In this document: piece by piece, positions 1 to 14,090 of the stretch | How positions within the stretch are numbered: the stretch's first letter is position 1 | Layout of the letters: every line of letters starts with the position of its first letter | Origin: Adineta vaga | Lineage: Eukaryota > Animalia > Rotifera | Direction of reading: 5' to 3' | DNA: 64,000 bases | Assembly (NCBI GenBank): GCA_021613535.1 | Contig: CP075492.1 | Location: 10,726,001 to 10,790,000 of the forward strand | Notes under the pieces: generated by a model | Databases searched by the model: none | What the model was told of the DNA's origin: nothing | What the model saw: only the letters and a program-made list of their open reading frames with translations | Translations under genes and position numbers: made by a program

Positions 1-474
1 TATCATCGAATAGCAAATAATTTTCCAGGTGGAATATTTAAATATGTTCGTAAAATTGAATTGTTTGATACACGACCTTTTCAACATAATTTCTTTTTTC
101 GAATTTCTTAATCATTTCCATTTGTGAAAGAATTAACCTTGATTAATGAAAAAGCACAATATGATAAACGATCTTCAACATCAAATGATAACAATGAACA
201 TTTATCAATCATTGAATATCCACATCTAACTAAACTTGATCTTAGTGAAGCTCATCACGATTATATTGAACAATTTCTTCTTGATACAAAAACATGTTTA
301 CCAAACGATGTTTATCTTGTTGTTCAGTTTGAAGAACTGAAAAGAATGACACACTGTTTTGAAAGCAATACAACAAGAACAAATTGTGACAAAATACGTT
401 CGTTAGCTTTAATTGATGTGTCTGCCATCCCTATATATTTAAGAAAATATTTTCCTTGTACAAAATTTTTATGA
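1..474 (+). pseudogene. 3' part of a bdelloid-type F-box/LRR-like gene with an in-frame premature stop (5' end outside window)
   Basis: Frame 1 reads YHRIANNFPGGIFKYVRKIELFDTRPFQHNFFFRIS*SFPFVKELTLINEKAQ...IIEYPHLTKLDL...HHDYIEQFLLDTKTCLP. This is the C-terminal signature I recognise from the expanded rotifer F-box family. TAA at 109-111 sits where Q (CAA) is expected. Confidence 0.65.
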
Positions 475-1253
475 TTGTTATCAATGTTTACATTAATAAA
501 TAAAATATGATTAAGATTAAGATTAGATTTATATAGAGTTGCATTTGAATGACAATAGAAGTGAGAGACAGTTTTAGTTCCGAGTATATTTCGAACGATT
601 TTCTTAGAAATGAAAACTCAATCATATCTCTTAACAGATATTCTTCGAAGAAATAAAGATATGAAGGATGTAGAACGCAGGCATTGAATGAGAGAAAAAG
701 AGAAGGCGAAGGAATATCATCGTTCCATTATATATGATGAAATAAAAAGTTTGTTATGATATGATCAATAGATGAAAGTAAACTGTCATTTTTCAGCTGA
801 TGAATATCTAACCATTCTTGCACTGGATGTTCTGCTGTTGTTGTCAGTCGAAACAAGGATAACAAACGTGGTGAAATTGTCAGTCAAATAGATGGAATAC
901 AACGGAAATGAAATTCACTTGTTTTTACCTTTTAGTTTTTAATTAAAGTCTTCTTACTTAAAAAGAAATATCTTAATTTCAACTTTTCACTATTGTGTAT
1001 ATGGAATATGTTATTGTTTTTCGCGACCGCAATAACAGTGAATACTCTTATGTAAATCGATAAATCTTCTACACTATAGATCTAAATTCGTTGATTCTGT
1101 TTTTTCAAACAGTCGCTTTGAACATTTTGAATCGCATTCTATTGATACACACGAATCTATTCTGTATCTCATTTATCAATTAGTTCATTCGTAATTCAAG
1201 TCGACAACTGATTATTGATAATAGATATTACCATAATACTAAGCAAATAGCAA

Positions 1254-1324
1254 GCACTGGTGGTTCAGTGGTAGAATGCTCGCTTGCCACGCGGGCGACC
1301 CGGGTCCGATTCCCGGCCAGTGCA
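1254..1324 (+). tRNA. tRNA-Gly (anticodon GCC), variant T-loop
   Basis: GCACTGG...CCAGTGCA acceptor stem, A-box TGGTTCAGTGG, anticodon arm CTCGC-TTGCCAC-GCGGG. T arm CCGGG-TCCGATT-CCCGG has C1306 instead of T55. Length 71 nt. Confidence 0.95.
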
Positions 1325-1325
1325 C

Positions 1326-1335
1326 TTTTTTTTTT
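1326..1335 (+). terminator. RNA polymerase III oligo-T terminator
   Basis: T10 immediately after the tRNA 3' end. Confidence 0.85.
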
Positions 1336-1533
1336 GTCGAAGTAAAGTGAGATGAATTTTGAAATGATGTAAAATATTTTCTTATTTTATTTAATAGCAA
1401 AAGGCAATTCGGTTTTCATCGTTCATAGTTACTTGTGAGTATGAGAAAACAGCAAAAAAATAAAGAGTTTACAAGACACATGACTTAACAGATAGATTGA
1501 AGAAAATAGATTCTTTATTTTTATCTTTATACA

Positions 1534-4500
1534 CTATGCAATATATTCATAAGCATTGGCATTGTCCGCTGATCGTTTCATATATTCGCGTTCTAATAAA
1601 CTTTCAATTCGTATTTTAACTGTCGACGTCTAAAAACGAAAAACAGAAATGAAAAGAATTCGATGCAATTCTGTATAATACATACAGAAATAGGAAATTT
1701 TAATTGAGCAAAAACTTCCGACATTAATTGAGCATGTGGTAATGTTTTGCGTGTTTTCATAATTCGGACTACTGCAGCATCAATTTGATAATGACGATCT
1801 TGTACAACACGTTGTGTTGTGGACGTATTTTCTTCTGGCTACAAAAGTCAATGGGTTGAAATAATGAAATTAACTAAACATATTCTATTTTAATACGAAC
1901 TGTTTCTTTTAATTGAACTTGATTGATTTTAATTCGAATTAATTTATGTTCAAACGATGTATTTAGAGTAAATTGATCATCCGGATTAATCTCTTTTGTC
2001 TACAGATAAAATTTGATTAACGAACAAAAGTAAAATTTACATATTTACCAATGGTTTTTTATTTAATAAACGAATTTTCCCACAAGCTAACGATTGTAAC
2101 GTTCGATTTAATTCTGCTTCTTCTATAAAAATTCAAATAGTTCAAATAAAATGCACTGCAATAAATACGAACGAAGTTTAGTTTGTTCTTTGATATCTTT
2201 ATAATTAAGTTCAAGATGTTGATTAAAGAGCAAGAGTATCAATGCTTGATAGAGTGATACTTGGAATTCTTTTGCAATCTATAATATTACCTTTTTTAGA
2301 GAATTTCATTTTCATTGATTAACAAACCTTATCTTTCAACCATCCTTTTAATAAACAATGATCTAACGAATGTTGCCATTGAAGTTTTCTCCCTGTATGT
2401 TTACTAAGATAAAATTTCGTAAAAATTTCTTGTAATCGACAAAACTAAAGTGAAAATTATATTTAAAGAATCTATTTTCAATAAAAACTTACTTCAGCTG
2501 GTAGAATAGCACTGACTGGTTGATATGTTGGCCAAAAACCCATCGTTAATACAGAAACATACATATTGATATTTCCAGGAATATCACGAGCATTCACATG
2601 CTACAGTTATATATATATATATATAAAACGAAGGTAAGATTTGAGTAGATTACTTACTTGTTCAAAAGCTGTCATAATATCTTTGGATAATTCCATATCT
2701 TTGAACATACCTTCAAGTTTACTTGTGAATACATTTCCACATTCTACGAATTGAACAAAACTATGACTTCTATATTCACAAATAAATCTAATTGAACATA
2801 CCTTGTTTAAGTTTAAGTAGCATAGATTTTTCTGCATCAACGGATGCACTTTTTCCTACCAATAAACGTTTCGCCAGATCTTTCTTATAAAAAGCTTCGA
2901 AAACATCTTTTCCATGAATAAATCGAAATAGAATCAATAATTTATCCAAAATTTTTTCTAATTCTTCTTCTGAAGCTTCCTTATTTCCAGTACGTAGTCT
3001 AGCATCGACTGCTTTGGCTAGAATAAAAGAATAGGACATCATTAAAACTAACAACTATAAAACAAACCAATTAATTCAGCTGGTTTATTTGAACGTTGAT
3101 TAAGAAAGTATTCAAATGAATCTTTTAATGTATTTGAAAATTTTTCATTATTATGAAAACATTCCAGAAGAAATCGATCTAATTTTTCTTTAAAGTCAAG
3201 TAATTCATCGACCATTTTCTCATCTTTCTCAGCATCGATGACAAGTGCACGACCATGCTTCTTTAAAATAAAATAAAAACAATCTTCACAATACGAACGA
3301 TCATTTACAAATTTATGTTACTTTAATATAATTTCCAAATGCTTCTCGAAGTTCTGTATTACCCGTCGGGCCAATGCGTTGTAATAGATCATACATTAAT
3401 GCAACTGAGATATAACGATTTTCATTAATCAATGTATCGAAACCTTTAGAAAGCATTTCTTTAGTATGAAGAGTTATTAAATTATTTTCCACTAGATGAA
3501 TTAATTGTACTCTAAGGAAAGAAAATTCAAAGTTAAGAATAAAGAAAATGAAATGATTAAAAATGTTTACTTGGTTGATTGATCAATATAATGTGTAATA
3601 CGAACTTGTTCTTCTCGAAGACGACGTTCCACATGTGTTAGATACTGACTGATTTCTAAAGTTTGAATTAATTGACGACCTTCATTATGATACAGTTGTT
3701 CAGTAGTTCGTAGAAATATGGGTTCAAAATCTTTTCGATATAACTAAAGATGAGATTATATTGAAATTTTTCGAGAGAAAAAGAATATTAGTGAATCTTA
3801 CATGAAGATCAATTAACATACGAATTAGATTTTTAATCAAACTTCGATCTATTGATTCGCCTCGTCTTTCTTGTTCGATTAATTTCAATAGACCATTGAT
3901 ACATCTAAATAATAGAACAATTATATTCCTAAACAATCGAACGTTTTTCGCTAACCTATTTGAAATCGTGGAATTCTGCATTATATGTCGACGAAATAAA
4001 TCTTGATTAAGTTCCCTAAATTATTACGACAAGAAAATTATGTTTTTTTTTTCAATCTAAATTATTAACTTACCAAATACTAGGTACAGTTGCATGTAAA
4101 ACATAAGTTCGATCAAGAACAATAAATAACTGACGAATAAGATTCTACAAATTTAATCAATAAGTTTGATATTCGTCAAGACAAAATACTTACAGATCGT
4201 ATCATATGATCATTCCAAGCAGAATTCAATGTTCGCAGATAATCTATATTGTCATTTATTTCACTAGAAATACAATTTGTTCGAATTATATAGATAATTT
4301 AACTTATGAATTACTTGAGTAAGATAGGTATTAGTGTTTGAATATGTTCATCGAGTACTCTTCTTAAATTTTCATAGAGAAGATTTGAGGATGTATTCGT
4401 ATCATTGGTTGATGTCGTACAGATATGATCAATATGTCGATAGAGTTGTTCTTCATTTGTTGGACTTGTTGTACCATTGAGAATAGCTTCTAAAGCTTGT

Positions 4501-4841
4501 TTTAATAGGGGCCAAATTTTATCAAAATAATCTGGTGGTGGAACAAGAGATGAAGCTAAAAAAATTGAAAGAATTGAAATTAATATTTTAAAGGTTTTCT
4601 TTTCGAACGAACTTTTCAAATTTTTAATCACAAGTTTTTTCGTCGAATTCGTCGGAATGAAAGTTGATGATGATGATCCATTTGGATATCGACTTCGTGT
4701 ATCTTTATCCATCAGAGTTGTAGTATGTTGTTGTTTCTGTTTTTTTATTGGTGATGGAGATATCGACGATTCTTCTGCTAAACTATTTTGATGATCGCGT
4801 TTTAAGCGAATCGATGAATTTGTAGCACTCGTTTTTGACAT
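1534..4841 (-). CDS. CUL4: Cullin-4 (multi-exon)
   Basis: KKLVIKN N-terminal motif; cullin homology [64 protein letters not shown]; neddylation domain [18 protein letters not shown]; ends ...NAYEYIA* (TAG 1534-1536). Confidence 0.95.
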
Positions 4842-5147
4842 TCACAACGATCAGAACATAAGGAAATGAATAGAAAAGGATATAGGATAAAATAAATGAA
4901 TGAATTGAGAAATATTGTTGCTGTTTGCTGGTTTTATTTGTTCACTTCTTCAAATGACTGACTAACACCAAAATAATAAACAGCTGATTACGTACATATT
5001 TCATATGATTGGTTAGATTTGAAGCAATCAGAAAGAAATGAAATTTTCGAGCGTTTATTTATATGTTGAAATCATGAGTTTTGATTTCTTTTTCTTTTTA
5101 ATCTTTTATTTATTTAGCCCTATGATTTATTTTTACAATACTAAAAT

Positions 5148-8100
5148 TTACGCTACAATATCAGATTTAAAATTTTGAATATATTTCTGTAATGCGAATG
5201 AAGTTTCTTCAGTTGTAAATGGTGTCCATTTATCTGTTAAATTAGGATCTAATAAAATTGATAGAATATCTTGTGCTGGAGTTTTCTTATTTGGTAATTG
5301 TCGTTTAATCATATCACTAATTAATTTACGTCGTTCATTTAATGCTGCTGTATCATGAAAGTCGTAAGGTGGTAATTGTCGATAATGAAGAAGTGGATAA
5401 ATGAATAATTCATATGTTCGAATGAATTCTTCTCGTCGTTGTTGTGCACTTGATGATGAACTGAGAGTAAGTCTTTGACGAGAACGATAAACTCGACGTA
5501 AAGCATAGATAAGATCAGGTTGTTGTAATGCTTGAAAAAATGTACTTAGAAAAATGGAATCAATTGGTGTTGTTGATAAACCTGTTGGATGACGACGTTT
5601 ATATATTTGATAAGCAAGTTCATTACGGAAAAATGCCACTGTTTTAATGAGATTTAATGGTACAATCATGGATTGAATCGGTAAATTATCATAGAGTAAA
5701 TCAATATCGGTTTCACGTGACTCAATTGAGAATTTAATTCGTGCTCGTTTTATTCGATCAATTTTACCTGATAAACCATCCGAACGAAGAATTTTATATT
5801 GTGGATCAAGAAGAACATTGGTTTCATCGATATGTCCACCACGTAAAAGTTCATTGTAACCTTTGGTATCACTTATTAAAGGTGGTTTTTCATCTTGTAA
5901 TGGAACTAATGTCCAACCACAAGCAACTTCACATTTTTCTTGTGTTACTGTCGATTGACACCATTGTGATAATTCAAATAGTAGATTTAAACGTTGATTT
6001 GTTGTTGCTGGATTTGATCTTATTAATAAATGGCTTTGTTCATCAATTAATGTATTGATATCATTTGGAGCAAAATACCAATCTTCTGTTAAATCTCGTT
6101 CGTCAATTTTCTTCGGAATTTGTGCACGAATAGTATGAATATTTGAAACAATTTCAAAACCATCATACAGACAAACTCGAACACTACGATCAAGTATACG
6201 AACCTAAAGAAATCAAAATAGAATTGTATTGATTATGTTAAAGAGCAGATATTTACTTGTTCGCCTTTAATTCGAGGTATTTTAACACATGTTTTTAATG
6301 TAAGAATTTTTTGATAAGTTACATCATGAACATGAATTTTATCAACTTCAGGACGCCAATATAGATCAGCAAAGGCCAAATTTGATTCCGTCATTTTTGG
6401 TACTAATGCTCGCCATAATTGATACTCTTCCAATTGCGTTAATGGTGCTAAATCTGAAGGAATAAAACCAGCAGGTACATTATTAGCAGCTTTGAATGCA
6501 TCGACAAGTACTGTAGCTGATGTACTTGGTTTAGCTCGACGTCGAACCACATGACCAGGTAGAAGTTGAATATGATTAATTGGTACAACACCTTGTTGTT
6601 GAGTTTGAGCATTTTTGAATATCCACCAATCGTCTGGACGTTGTTCAACAAGAATTAAAGTTTCACCTCGATGTATCGTTAAATCACCAGTTTGAACACC
6701 GGTTAAATCATGTGTAACAATGAATTGTGTTCCAGGTGCATATTTACTTGTTCGAAGTTCTTGAACTTTAGTATTAGCAGCAACAGGTTCATCTTCTTCT
6801 TGATCATTATAATCGTGATCCGACTCAGCTTCTTCATGTTCACCAGTTTCATGTAAACGTCGAAGTTCCTCGTCGTCGTCGTCTTCATCTTCGTCTTCTT
6901 CTTCTTCAAAATATGAATCTTCTTCTTCACTTTCTTCAACTCTTTTCCTTGTCGCAGGTGCTGCAGAACGTCGTCTAGGACTTGGCGTTTTCTTTCTTAC
7001 TGATGACGGTGGTAATGGAGATCTTGCTACTGCTGTTGATTTCTTAGATTTTACCGAAGGTGTAGTTGGTGCAGAGTCAACTTTAATAGTTGGCGTTTTT
7101 CGATTACTACGTGGTGTTGCTGGTGATCGTGATCGACGACCTTCACTGTTCGTATCTTTTGTATGCTCATCAGTCGTTGTTCTAGTTCGTAGTTCATCAT
7201 ACAATTCACGATTGTCCTTAACACCATCTTCGTCATCTTCATCATCATCACTTTCATCATCATCATCATCTTCACTGCCTACACTGGCTACTTCTGACTT
7301 CTTTGGAGTTTTCGGTGCAGATATCGCACTTTTAATAATTGGAGACGGCTGTTTCGATTCTAAATATCAAAATGATTGTATAAATAACTAAAAAAACTTT
7401 CATTAATGTCTTAATACCTGTCTTTCTATCCGATATTACGTCTTCATCATCTTCTTCATCGTCTACTTCTTCACTTCCTTCGTCTTCTTCTTCGTCTTCA
7501 TCTGCCGGCTTTTTCGAGTTTCATGACCTGTTTCTTCGCCAGGTTTTTCTGTTGTTGTTGTTGGTGGTGGTGGTGCTGCTGCTGTTGCTGGGGTCGTAGG
7601 GACGAGAGATTCTTTTGATGCTGATTTACTTTTACCAAATGGCAGTTTACCTAATAATGCTCCAAGTCCTCGACTATTTTCTCCTTCAGTTGATGCTGCT
7701 GGAGCATCTGTAGAAGTTGCAGTAGTGGACGGTATTGTATCAGTTGATCTCTTCAGATGTTTATCGGTTTGATCAACTTTTTTCGTCAGATTCGCTAATA
7801 TTTTCCCTGCATCCGTTCTTCTTTTAAAGAATGTACGATATAAAGGATCTGTTGGTGGTGGTTCTTTCATATCTTTTAATTCTTGTTGATGAGATTCAAT
7901 TCTTTTCTTCAGATCATCGATTTGTGCACGACCTTTGACTGCTGCATCACGATTTTCCACAGCTTTCCTACCACCAGTATCAATTTTTCCTAGAACTTTA
8001 ACAGCAGATTCTGCTTCTTGTTTTAATTTTTCGATTTCATCCAGTATTTGTTCTCGGGTTTTCTCCGTTGTTTCAGAAGTTGTTGATGTCGTTGTTGGCG

Positions 8101-8149
8101 GAGCTGCAGGACCTAGAAGTCCTGCTGCGATTGCCGAAGGAGCTGCCAT
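5148..8149 (-). CDS. NPHP1: Nephrocystin-1 (coiled coil, acidic tracts, SH3, nephrocystin domain); apparent 1-bp deletion near 7515
   Basis: N-terminal coiled coil, D/E-rich segments, SH3 (HDLTGVQTGDLTIHRGETL...DDWW...GVVPINHI), then ILDRSVRVCLYDGFEIVSNIHTIRA. Introns at 7360-7417 and about 6204-6256. ATG at 8147-8149. Confidence 0.85.
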
Positions 8150-8239
8150 ATATATATATATATGTATGTATTTATGCGGAAGTTGTTCTGTAGCAGGTAT
8201 GTGGATTAATTCAACCTTGACTACCTTGATAATGCAAAA

Positions 8240-8252
8240 GTATCTTAGCAAC
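8240..8252. promoter_or_regulatory. RFX X-box upstream of NPHP1
   Basis: GTATCTTAGCAAC about 90 bp upstream of the ATG of a ciliary gene. Confidence 0.55.
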
Positions 8253-8914
8253 CACACTCATAATCATTTTCATATTATTATTATTATTCGTAAACGATGA
8301 TTGAATAAAATAAGTGATGTTCGTGTATTTCAAAAAATACTAATTGTCATAATTATACAAATGAAATCGTAGTGACCTCTATCGAGCGAGTCAGTTCAAT
8401 ACAGACATAAATAATAGAGATACTCAAATGAACTGTTCATCCAGAAAAAAAAATACTATTCACGTTCTTTTCCGACTTCATCAATATATGTAAGTCTTCC
8501 TTTGCTATTTGAAAACAACAAAATTACCATATGAACTTGGTAATCAAGAGATACTGTCTTACAAGTATTGAATTACCGTCATGCAATATGCATAAACAAT
8601 GATGTAATTGCAATTATCAGATAACTAAACAATAAGAAAGTTTGATCAATATGTCAAAGATAAAAATCGAGAAGTTTTCTATTTCTTTATGAAAATTTCC
8701 GGAATAAATAAAAGTCCACCAAATGCATAGTTAAGTATATATGTATATATATTCTACATCGATAGTGACCAGACAGAGAAAAAAATGAAGAAGAAGAAGA
8801 AATTACATATAAAGGTAAGAAGAGATCTGATGATAAATACGGAATGTAAATATAATAAAATAAAGTTTGGCGAAATCAAATGAACAACATAAAATATAAT
8901 TATTACAATTCTCT

Positions 8915-10290
8915 TTAAGATCGAGTTTCATATAAGCCACTTTTACCAATATAACGTACCCATTTAATTGTTTCCGAATCCGAATAATTCAATTTATGTT
9001 CAAATACTTTTAAATATCGAACTTTAAAACCTGATGGTGCAAATGGTACTTCAAAATTCATTGAGATTGGTGGTCGATTCCATTTTTTCTTATCATTCGG
9101 TGTTAATTCAATTTCAGCACTCAATTGAGATTCTTTCATTCCACCCATACGTTTCATTTTCCAAACAATTGCATTATCTGATGCTTTATGTTTAGCTTTA
9201 CCTTTCATGCATAACAATTGCACATCACATGTATTTGGTGGTATAGGAATACGTATTTCGATTTTTTGTCCAATTAATGTTGGTTTAAAATTTGATTTAA
9301 CAACAACTTTAACTTCCATTTTTGTTCGACCTATTTCTCTTACTAAAGGAATGACACGAAATGGTAAACTAATATCTTTTGTTGTACGATAACGCATCAA
9401 TTCAAATTCACCATCAGGTGGAATAAATGATATTGCATGTTCAGATTCAAATTTGGATAATTTAACACATTGATGAAATTGACAATCATCAATAGCTATT
9501 GCCGTTTTTGTTGTTGTTGTTGTCGAAGGATTTGTCGAACCATTGTTTGATGTATCTGTTTGATTTTTAGTTCGATTTTCCACCGTAATCTTATCATTAA
9601 TACCAAATTTACATTCAGGCATACCGGATAAATAACTTTTCATCGCTACACGACCAGCAACATGAGTACTTAAAACTTGACCTTGCTGAGACATAAGTAA
9701 ATTAACTGATTCGATTACATCAAGAAATAATTCATTCCGACGATATTTAATACCTTCACGTCGCCAACCAATCTGTCCTGTAACAGCTGATGTTACATTA
9801 GTTTGTTCTTCTCGTGTCACTGGTCGAACACCTTGTTGAGTTATAAAAGATTTCAATACACCTGTATCACTATTTTGTGGATAACCAAAATCAAGTATTT
9901 CATCCAATAATTCATAGATTAAAACGAAATTATTCTTAACATTTTCTTCACTAATTTTACCAAAATAAGATTGCATGATATCGATCATTTTAGTTAAAAA
10001 TTCAAAGACCATAGCCGCATTAATATTCTGTTTTGCAACAGCACATAACCAAATATTCGAACGTTTTGTATAGAAAAAACTTGTACGAGCAATATTAACA
10101 ACTGGAAATCGTGCTTGTTGACGAGCGTGTATTACATTAACACGAAATGCATCAACAGCATTTCGTCCAATATCATCACGATAAACACGCTACAAAATAG
10201 ATTACTTAATCATAATTGAGAAAGAGAAATTATTCTTACTGATATGAGAACTTCACCCTTATGATTGTAGATAAAAACACCACCGATCAT
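8915..10290 (-). CDS. AP2M1: AP-2 complex subunit mu
   Basis: [17 protein letters not shown]|[25 protein letters not shown]; [20 protein letters not shown]; ends [17 protein letters not shown]; one short intron near the 5' end. Confidence 0.97.
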
Positions 10291-10779
10291 CTATCTATTT
10301 TAATGATGAGATTAAATGAGTAAAGAAAGAAAGAAATGAAATGAAAAGACTAATATTTGGATTATAGCTTCTATTCCATAAAATACCTTAGCGAGTCATC
10401 TATGCATCTATGTTTTCAATTTTCTTTTTCTTTTCTTTTCATTCTTATAATAATCATCATCCTATCCTGCTTTTTGTTATATCTATGGGTCACAATGAAC
10501 GAATGAACTTTTTTTTTACTTCATTATAATATCATGATGGCGTGTTTTTTCTCTTTTTACTGTTGATGCATTGCTCTACTATTCATTGCGCTACACAACT
10601 ACGTGTAAGTGCATATTTTCATCTCTTCTCCTATTGCATATTGTTTGCTCCAAACATACGATACGTTCTTAACATAGTACTTAACAATTTGACTCATTTC
10701 TAGATTGTTCTTTTCTTTTCGCTCTTTCAACTTACTTTTGCGCTTTATTTCTCACTTTCCTCAACAAAAATTCTCCACA

Positions 10780-13457
10780 ATGCCTTCGAATCCCGTTGAT
10801 CAATATACAAAATTATTATCACGAGAACAGCAAGAAAATGACAAATATGTAATTATTGATTCGAAATGGTTTGAGCATTGGAAACGTTTTGTTGGAATTG
10901 ATTCACCACCAGAGAAAAATGCTCCACCAGGTCCTATCGATTTCTCTAATCTCATTGATCCACAAACAGTTGATCATGTCGATGGTGTTCAGCTACGACT
11001 TGATGCTGTTGAAGGCAATGATTATGCATTTATTCCATATGAACTTTATCAAGAACTTGTACAACAATATAAAAAAATTGGAACAGAAATTGTTCGAAAA
11101 GTTATTCCATCAGGTGATTTTCAAACCGTAATTGAAACTTATCTTATACCATTACGTATACGAAAATCACGACAATCTTCATCTAAAACACAACAAATAT
11201 ATCGTAGTCGTCGAACAAAACTTGAAGATTTAAAAAATGATATATGTAAAACATTTTCTATTACACCAGATTCCAATCATCGTTTATATACATCTACAGA
11301 CGAATATGGTGACAATTGGGAGCCAATTGATGCTCGTCCCAGTTCAGTTCTTGCAGATATTGAATTATCTAAGAATGCCATTATTACCTATGAACCTCTC
11401 GCATTATCACGCAACAATTTATCACCTGTCCCTGCAGGAACATTTTATACTCCTGGTCTGTGTGGTTTATCAAATCTTGGAAATACATGTTTTATGAATT
11501 CAGCATTACAATGTATATCCAATGTACCAGCACTAACCGAATATTTTCTTCATCGTGACTATTTAAATCATATCAATCGAGATAATCCATTAGGAATGAA
11601 AGGTGATGTTGCACAAGCATATGGTGATCTAATTGCTAACATGTGGTCAGGTAAAATTAGTTATTATGCACCCAAAGCATTGAAACAAAATGTTGCACGT
11701 TATGCACCACAATTTAGTGGTTATTCACAGCAAGATTCACAAGAATTTATGTCATTTTTATTGGATGGTTTACATGAAGATTTAAATCTTATTAAACAAA
11801 AACCCTATATGGAAAAGAAAGATGATGATGGTATTGCTGAAGATTCGAAATTAGCTGCTGAACAATGGGATTATTATCGTAAACGAAATCAATCAAAAAT
11901 TCATGATATATTTCATGGACAAATTAAATCTGTTGTTCAATGTCTTGAATGTAAGACATTAGGACGAACATTTGATCCCATTTGTTTTCTTAGTTTACCA
12001 TTACCAAATAAAAAAAAGATTCGAATATTTAAAATTGAATATATTCGTCTAAATGGACAAATTAAATATTATTATATTAAATCGAATGAACGTGGACGAA
12101 TGCATAATCTTTTAAAAGATTTCTGCGAACGTTTTCAATCGAAACCCAAAAATGATACACATGAACCCATGGATGCCGATGATGATTCCACATCGAATAC
12201 AGCTAATTCAAATAATCAAGATGAGGAACAAGAAGAAGATTTAACATTAGCACCAGATTATGATGGACATCAACCTAAATCGGAATTAATCTTACCTGTT
12301 GAAGTTTATAATCATCGCATACATCTTCAATATAGTGATGATGCTTTATTAACAAATATTCTTGAACGTGATCAAATTGTTTTCTATGAAGTACCAGTTT
12401 CATTGAAAAAAGAAAATAATGATACTATTCTTATGCCATGTTTATTTCGAACAGCAGATAGTTTACATCAAAATTTTGGTCTACCAATTTATTTAAATAT
12501 TCCACGACATAAATGTACGGGAAAACATATTCAAGATGCTTTGCAGGTAAATAACTATGATGAATGGTTTTTTTTTTGAATCAAACAAATTGATTTTAGA
12601 ATTCAATTGGTAATTTTCTTCCATTATCAACTACAAATTCATCAGACAAATCTCCTTATACAGCATCATGTGTATTCAATCAAAATTATACCCAAACAAC
12701 TAAACCATTAGCATCCTGTCTTGATGATCATATTGATTTTAATCGTACAAATACAACTCTTGTTGTTGATGTGTCACCAGCTGTTGTTGAAAAATATGAA
12801 CAAGAAGAAAAGAAACGTTTAGATAAAGATCGTCTACAACCGACATCATCAACAAATAATAGTGGCGTACAAACACGTAGTCAACATAAACAATCAACAA
12901 CATCTCTATTAGATTGTTTTAAATATTTTACAACAAAAGAAACACTATCCGATAATGATCAATGGTATTGTCCAAAATGTAAACAATTAAAAAATGCATC
13001 GAAAAAAATCGATCTATGGTTATTACCAAAAGTTTTAATTGTTCAATTGAAACGTTTTAATTATACACGGCATTATCGTGATAAAATCGATCTATTCATC
13101 GATTGTCCTATCTATGATTTAGATTTATCTCAATTTGTTTTAAATCCAGCTGAAAAAGTGAATGCAAAATATGATCTAATTGCTGTAAGTAATCATATGG
13201 GTGGTTTAGGTGGTGGACATTATACTGCACATGCAAAAAATGCTCATGATCAAAAATGGCATACATTTGATGATTCATGTGTAACAGATATTGATGAAAA
13301 TAATGTGATTAGTAAATCCGCTTACGTACTGATTTATCAACAGCAGCAGCAGCAACAACAACAACAACAACAGCAACAACAATCCCAACTGAACCAACAA
13401 CAAGCGAAAGAATCACCACGAAAATCTAGTGCACGAGCGGCTAAAGCATCTAGTTAA
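10780..13457 (+). CDS. Ubiquitin-specific protease of the USP4/11/15 group (DUSP-UBL-USP)
   Basis: DUSP (KWFEHWKRFVG..PGPIDFSNL), Cys box GLSNLGNTCFMNSALQC, QQDSQEF, His box VSNHMGGLGGGHYTA, WHTFDDS; intron about 12547-12599. Confidence 0.92.
13338..13382 (+). repeat. CAG/CAA microsatellite encoding poly-Q (15 Q)
   Basis: caa cag cag cag cag caa... directly after the catalytic domain end (SAYVLIY). Confidence 0.9.
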
Positions 13458-14090
13458 ATGGAAAAACAATCTCGATTTTTTCTCTCATTCTGTCTATGTT
13501 CGATCGGTGTTGTCTTTTTCTCTCATTTTTTTGTCACTCGTTTCAATAGAAACACTAATATTGGCCTTGTTAAGCAAGCTTTCTGACAGAGAGAAAAAAA
13601 AAAATTCTACATATACATATATATTTTATGTTCCCATGCATACATTGCTCTTCTCTCTTTTTTTAATGTTATCCTTAAACATTCATATATACTATTTGGA
13701 AAAAAAACATACATACATTCAAAGAAATAATCAATTTTTTTCCTTTCTCTCTCTCTCTATTTCTTTTTGTTACAGCTTATTTAATAAACATGCTGCAATA
13801 ACTAGACGATGAACTTGATCGTCTCAAATATATAGATTATTTTAGATATATTGAGATATTTCTATGAACTAATTGATGATGTTGATTTGTTGTTCTTTTT
13901 GTACTACATATGAAGTTGTTTGACAAATATTATCATCAAGTATGACTATGATTACGATAGAACAGTGAACTATGTCGCAATTGTGTCATTCATTACATCA
14001 TTAAATATAAGAAAGAATGAATGTTAAATAGTTTTCATTCATTTTTAGATATTTGCTACATAAAATTAGGACTATTTGGATCTATTATTC

